From a virus (taxonomy: Duplodnaviria; Caudoviricetes): DNA of 49,292 nt. The DNA is taken from the IMG/VR virus record IMGVR_UViG_3300017766_003288, positions 1 to 49,292 of that record; one strand, given 5' to 3'. The translations under genes were made by a program, and so were the position numbers. A model generated the notes under the pieces. It was given only the letters and a program-made list of their open reading frames with translations. It ran no database searches and had not been told where the DNA came from. Of this stretch, positions 47,023 through 49,292 are shown in pieces (position 1 is the stretch's first letter; every line of letters begins with the position of its first letter).

Positions 47023-48537
47023 TCACAATCCAAACCTATGTTTTAGAGCATTATAATTTTGAGTGATTTCTGCTCCAGTAAGTGCTCTGTTATATGCTTG
47101 GACTAAAGGCATTCTCCCATTAAAGTATCTGGTCGGACCTCCTGCAACCGATAAACCAATTCTTAAAGGTTCCGAAGTATTAATAGAAGAAATATTTGCG
47201 GGAGTATTCGTAGTACTTCCTCCCGTATATGCACCATTCTTATAAAATTTAACATATGGTGAAGAAGAACTATCATACACAATAGTATGATGTTCCCATA
47301 CATTCAAAGTAGCAGCAAATGCTCCCTGTGCTATTAGACCAGATGTTCCATAAACAAAAAATGAACCATCTCTAAAATCAAATCCTATAGTAGTTCCATT
47401 CCCTTTACCAACATATGAACCACCCTGAAATCCATAAACAGTTGTATATACAACAAAAGATATTGTAAAATTTCCTGTTCCAAAATTTAATGAACTTGGG
47501 TCACCACAAGTTACATATTCATTAGTCCCATCAAAAGTTAAATAACCACCATTAGCACTATTAAAATTAGTACTATCCATATTTACAAGAGTTCCAGTAT
47601 TACCATTTCCACTCAAATCAGTCCATGTAGTTCCAGTTCCTTTATAAGATAATGGTTGTGCGGCATCTAAATCTAAAACCAATCCACTTCTTACAATATC
47701 TCTAAAATCAGTCACCTCATCAATCTCATTATAAACAATTGCAGACTTATCAGTATATTGCCTCATATATCTTCCTTGTCCTGCACCAAATGAAGTTCCT
47801 GAAAACTCATCATATACAGGGTCATAAGGAGCAAAGACATTTGCTGGAAGAAAAGTAGTAAAACCAATATTCTCATCAAACCCAGAACTATAATATGTTC
47901 CAAGTCCTGTGATATTTGTGTTTGTTGATGATGCCAGAACTCTATTGATTGCTGTAGTTGTTGTTGGTGTGTAGTCAGTTATTAATCCTGTTTCTAATTG
48001 TGCTCCCCAAATATAAATTCCAGATACTCCATTACCTGAATAATTGGCATTAGAACTAGTTGGAAAACTATTAAAAACTGCGTTCACAATACTTGTTCTT
48101 GATGCAATAGAACATCTATACCAACCATTTGGATATGATGTAATTGTTGAAACTCCTACATTTGAACTACTACTAACACTTCCAGTTAATAAATTGAACA
48201 TAGTAACTCTAGTCAATACACCATCATCAATTCTCAATTGAATAAAACTCTGTTCTGCTGCCTTTGCAAAAATTGAAAGAGTATAAGTAGCTTGACCCAA
48301 ACCAGGTGATTTATATAAATCGTGAAATGTACTTGCATTGATTGCAATTAATTTATCTGCTGTTAATGTTCCATCTGGTGCTTGAATAGCATTTGCAGTG
48401 ACATTATAGTTATTTCTTAGCCAACTAGCATTATCAAACTGCTCACTATAAGTAAATAAGTTCTCACTCATAGAATAATCATCAAACTCATTACAGAGCA
48501 TAGATGCATATTGGTCTAATCTTCCTACAACACCCAT
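47023..48537 (-). CDS. Virion protein with carbohydrate-binding-like N-terminal domain and LamG/ConA-like C-terminal domain
   Basis: NLFTYSEQFDNASW..APDGT..NGWYRC..IWGAQLE; GLVLDLDAA..SY.GTGTTWTDLSGNGN..FDGTNEYV..YNRALT..EI.QNYNA. Confidence 0.8.
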   Translation of the reverse strand: MGVVGRLDQYASMLCNEFDDYSMSENLFTYSEQFDNASWLRNNYNVTANAIQAPDGTLTADKLIAINASTFHDLYKSPGLGQATYTLSIFAKAAEQSFIQLRIDDGVLTRVTMFNLLTGSVSSSSNVGVSTITSYPNGWYRCSIASRTSIVNAVFNSFPTSSNANYSGNGVSGIYIWGAQLETGLITDYTPTTTTAINRVLASSTNTNITGLGTYYSSGFDENIGFTTFLPANVFAPYDPVYDEFSGTSFGAGQGRYMRQYTDKSAIVYNEIDEVTDFRDIVRSGLVLDLDAAQPLSYKGTGTTWTDLSGNGNTGTLVNMDSTNFNSANGGYLTFDGTNEYVTCGDPSSLNFGTGNFTISFVVYTTVYGFQGGSYVGKGNGTTIGFDFRDGSFFVYGTSGLIAQGAFAATLNVWEHHTIVYDSSSSPYVKFYKNGAYTGGSTTNTPANISSINTSEPLRIGLSVAGGPTRYFNGRMPLVQAYNRALTGAEITQNYNALKHRFGL

Positions 48538-48541
48538 AATC

Positions 48542-49291
48542 TTATCCTGCTACAAAGTCCAAACTATTTGCAGTTGAGTTGTACTGTATATAGAAGTTAG
48601 TGGTTCCTGCAGTTCCACCGAATCTCAATCTATTTGTTTGCGTAATACGAAGATCACCAGCAACATCGGCAAGGAATTGTGGTGATGATGTACCAATGCC
48701 AACTCTTACATTTACATCATCATAGTTGAGACCTGATGCACCGCCAGAAACTCCACCATTATTGTAAATAACCTGCCCATCAGTACCAGCAACTGGTCCA
48801 GTAAGACCTTGAAGACCTTGCAATCCTTGAGATGCTTGAGTACCCTGTTGCCCCTGAGTACCCTGTGTACCTTGAGTACCTTGTCTTCCTTGAAGACCTT
48901 GAACTCCCTGAAGTCCTTGAAGGCCTTGTACTCCTTGATTACCTTGAAGTCCTTGAGTACCCTGAGTACCTTGCTGCCCTTGAGTACCCTGAGTACCCTG
49001 AGTACCTTGCTGCCCTTGAGTACCCTGAGTACCTTGCTGCCCTTGAGTACCTTGAAGTCCTTGAGTACCCTGAGTACCTTGTCTTCCTTGAAGACCTTGA
49101 ACTCCTTGAAGTCCTTGATTACCCTGAACCCCTTGCAATCCTTGATTACCTTGTAATCCTGCAGCAAAAGGAGTAGTCCAAGAAACTCCAGCACCAGTAG
49201 AGATTAAAATTGAACCAGATGATCCAACACTCCCATAAATGTCTTTTAAAGAACTATCAAGTTCTACTAGTCCACCAAATGTAGAAACTCC
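48542..49291 (-). CDS. Collagen-like fibre protein, 5' part outside the window
   Basis: Frame stays open upstream of the track's start (GVSTFGGLVELDSSLKDIYGSVGSSGSILISTGAGVSWTTPFAAGLQGNQG...); G-X-Q tract, then VGIGTSSP...LDV-type fibre motif. Confidence 0.85.
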   Translation of the reverse strand, partial: GVSTFGGLVELDSSLKDIYGSVGSSGSILISTGAGVSWTTPFAAGLQGNQGLQGVQGNQGLQGVQGLQGRQGTQGTQGLQGTQGQQGTQGTQGQQGTQGTQGTQGQQGTQGTQGLQGNQGVQGLQGLQGVQGLQGRQGTQGTQGTQGQQGTQASQGLQGLQGLTGPVAGTDGQVIYNNGGVSGGASGLNYDDVNVRVGIGTSSPQFLADVAGDLRITQTNRLRFGGTAGTTNFYIQYNSTANSLDFVAG

Positions 49292-49292
49292 A

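Noticed and set aside
1-49292. tRNA genes, introns, inteins, homing endonucleases, photosynthesis genes
   Set aside because: None recognised by eye; intergenic gaps are short and core genes look uninterrupted. tRNAscan and Infernal were not run

Overview
AT-rich segment of a T4-like cyanophage (cyanomyovirus, probably freshwater), almost entirely minus-strand coded. Bases 1-13.5 kb hold baseplate and tail genes: a collagen-like fibre, gp5 plus a separate spike-like gene, a gp27-like hub, two tape-measure/lysin-like genes, gp51, gp26, a gp54/gp19-like gene and a divergent gp4-gp2-gp48-gp53 operon. Bases 13.5-20.9 kb hold core genes: a Mom-like DNA modifier, gp32, gp59, gp33, an exonuclease, phoH, thyX and nrdC. 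Bases 20.9-38.6 kb are an accessory island of glycosyl-, methyl- and sulfotransferases and TPR fusions. Bases 38.6-49.3 kb encode RCC1-repeat, collagen-like and lectin-like virion fibre proteins. Three signals stand out, two of them invisible in the ORF track. (1) A glutamine-I (glnA) riboswitch with an NtcA box in a repressor-like position precedes a 27-aa basic peptide, resembling the host gifB circuit. (2) A T_TTT_TTC slippery site with an SD-like element 10 nt upstream would fuse gp26 to gp51 by -1 frameshifting, like lambda G-T. (3) The glycosylation island appears split into late and sigma70-driven halves next to Gly-Thr-Gln collagen fibres. All family calls come from motif recognition by eye; no searches were run.
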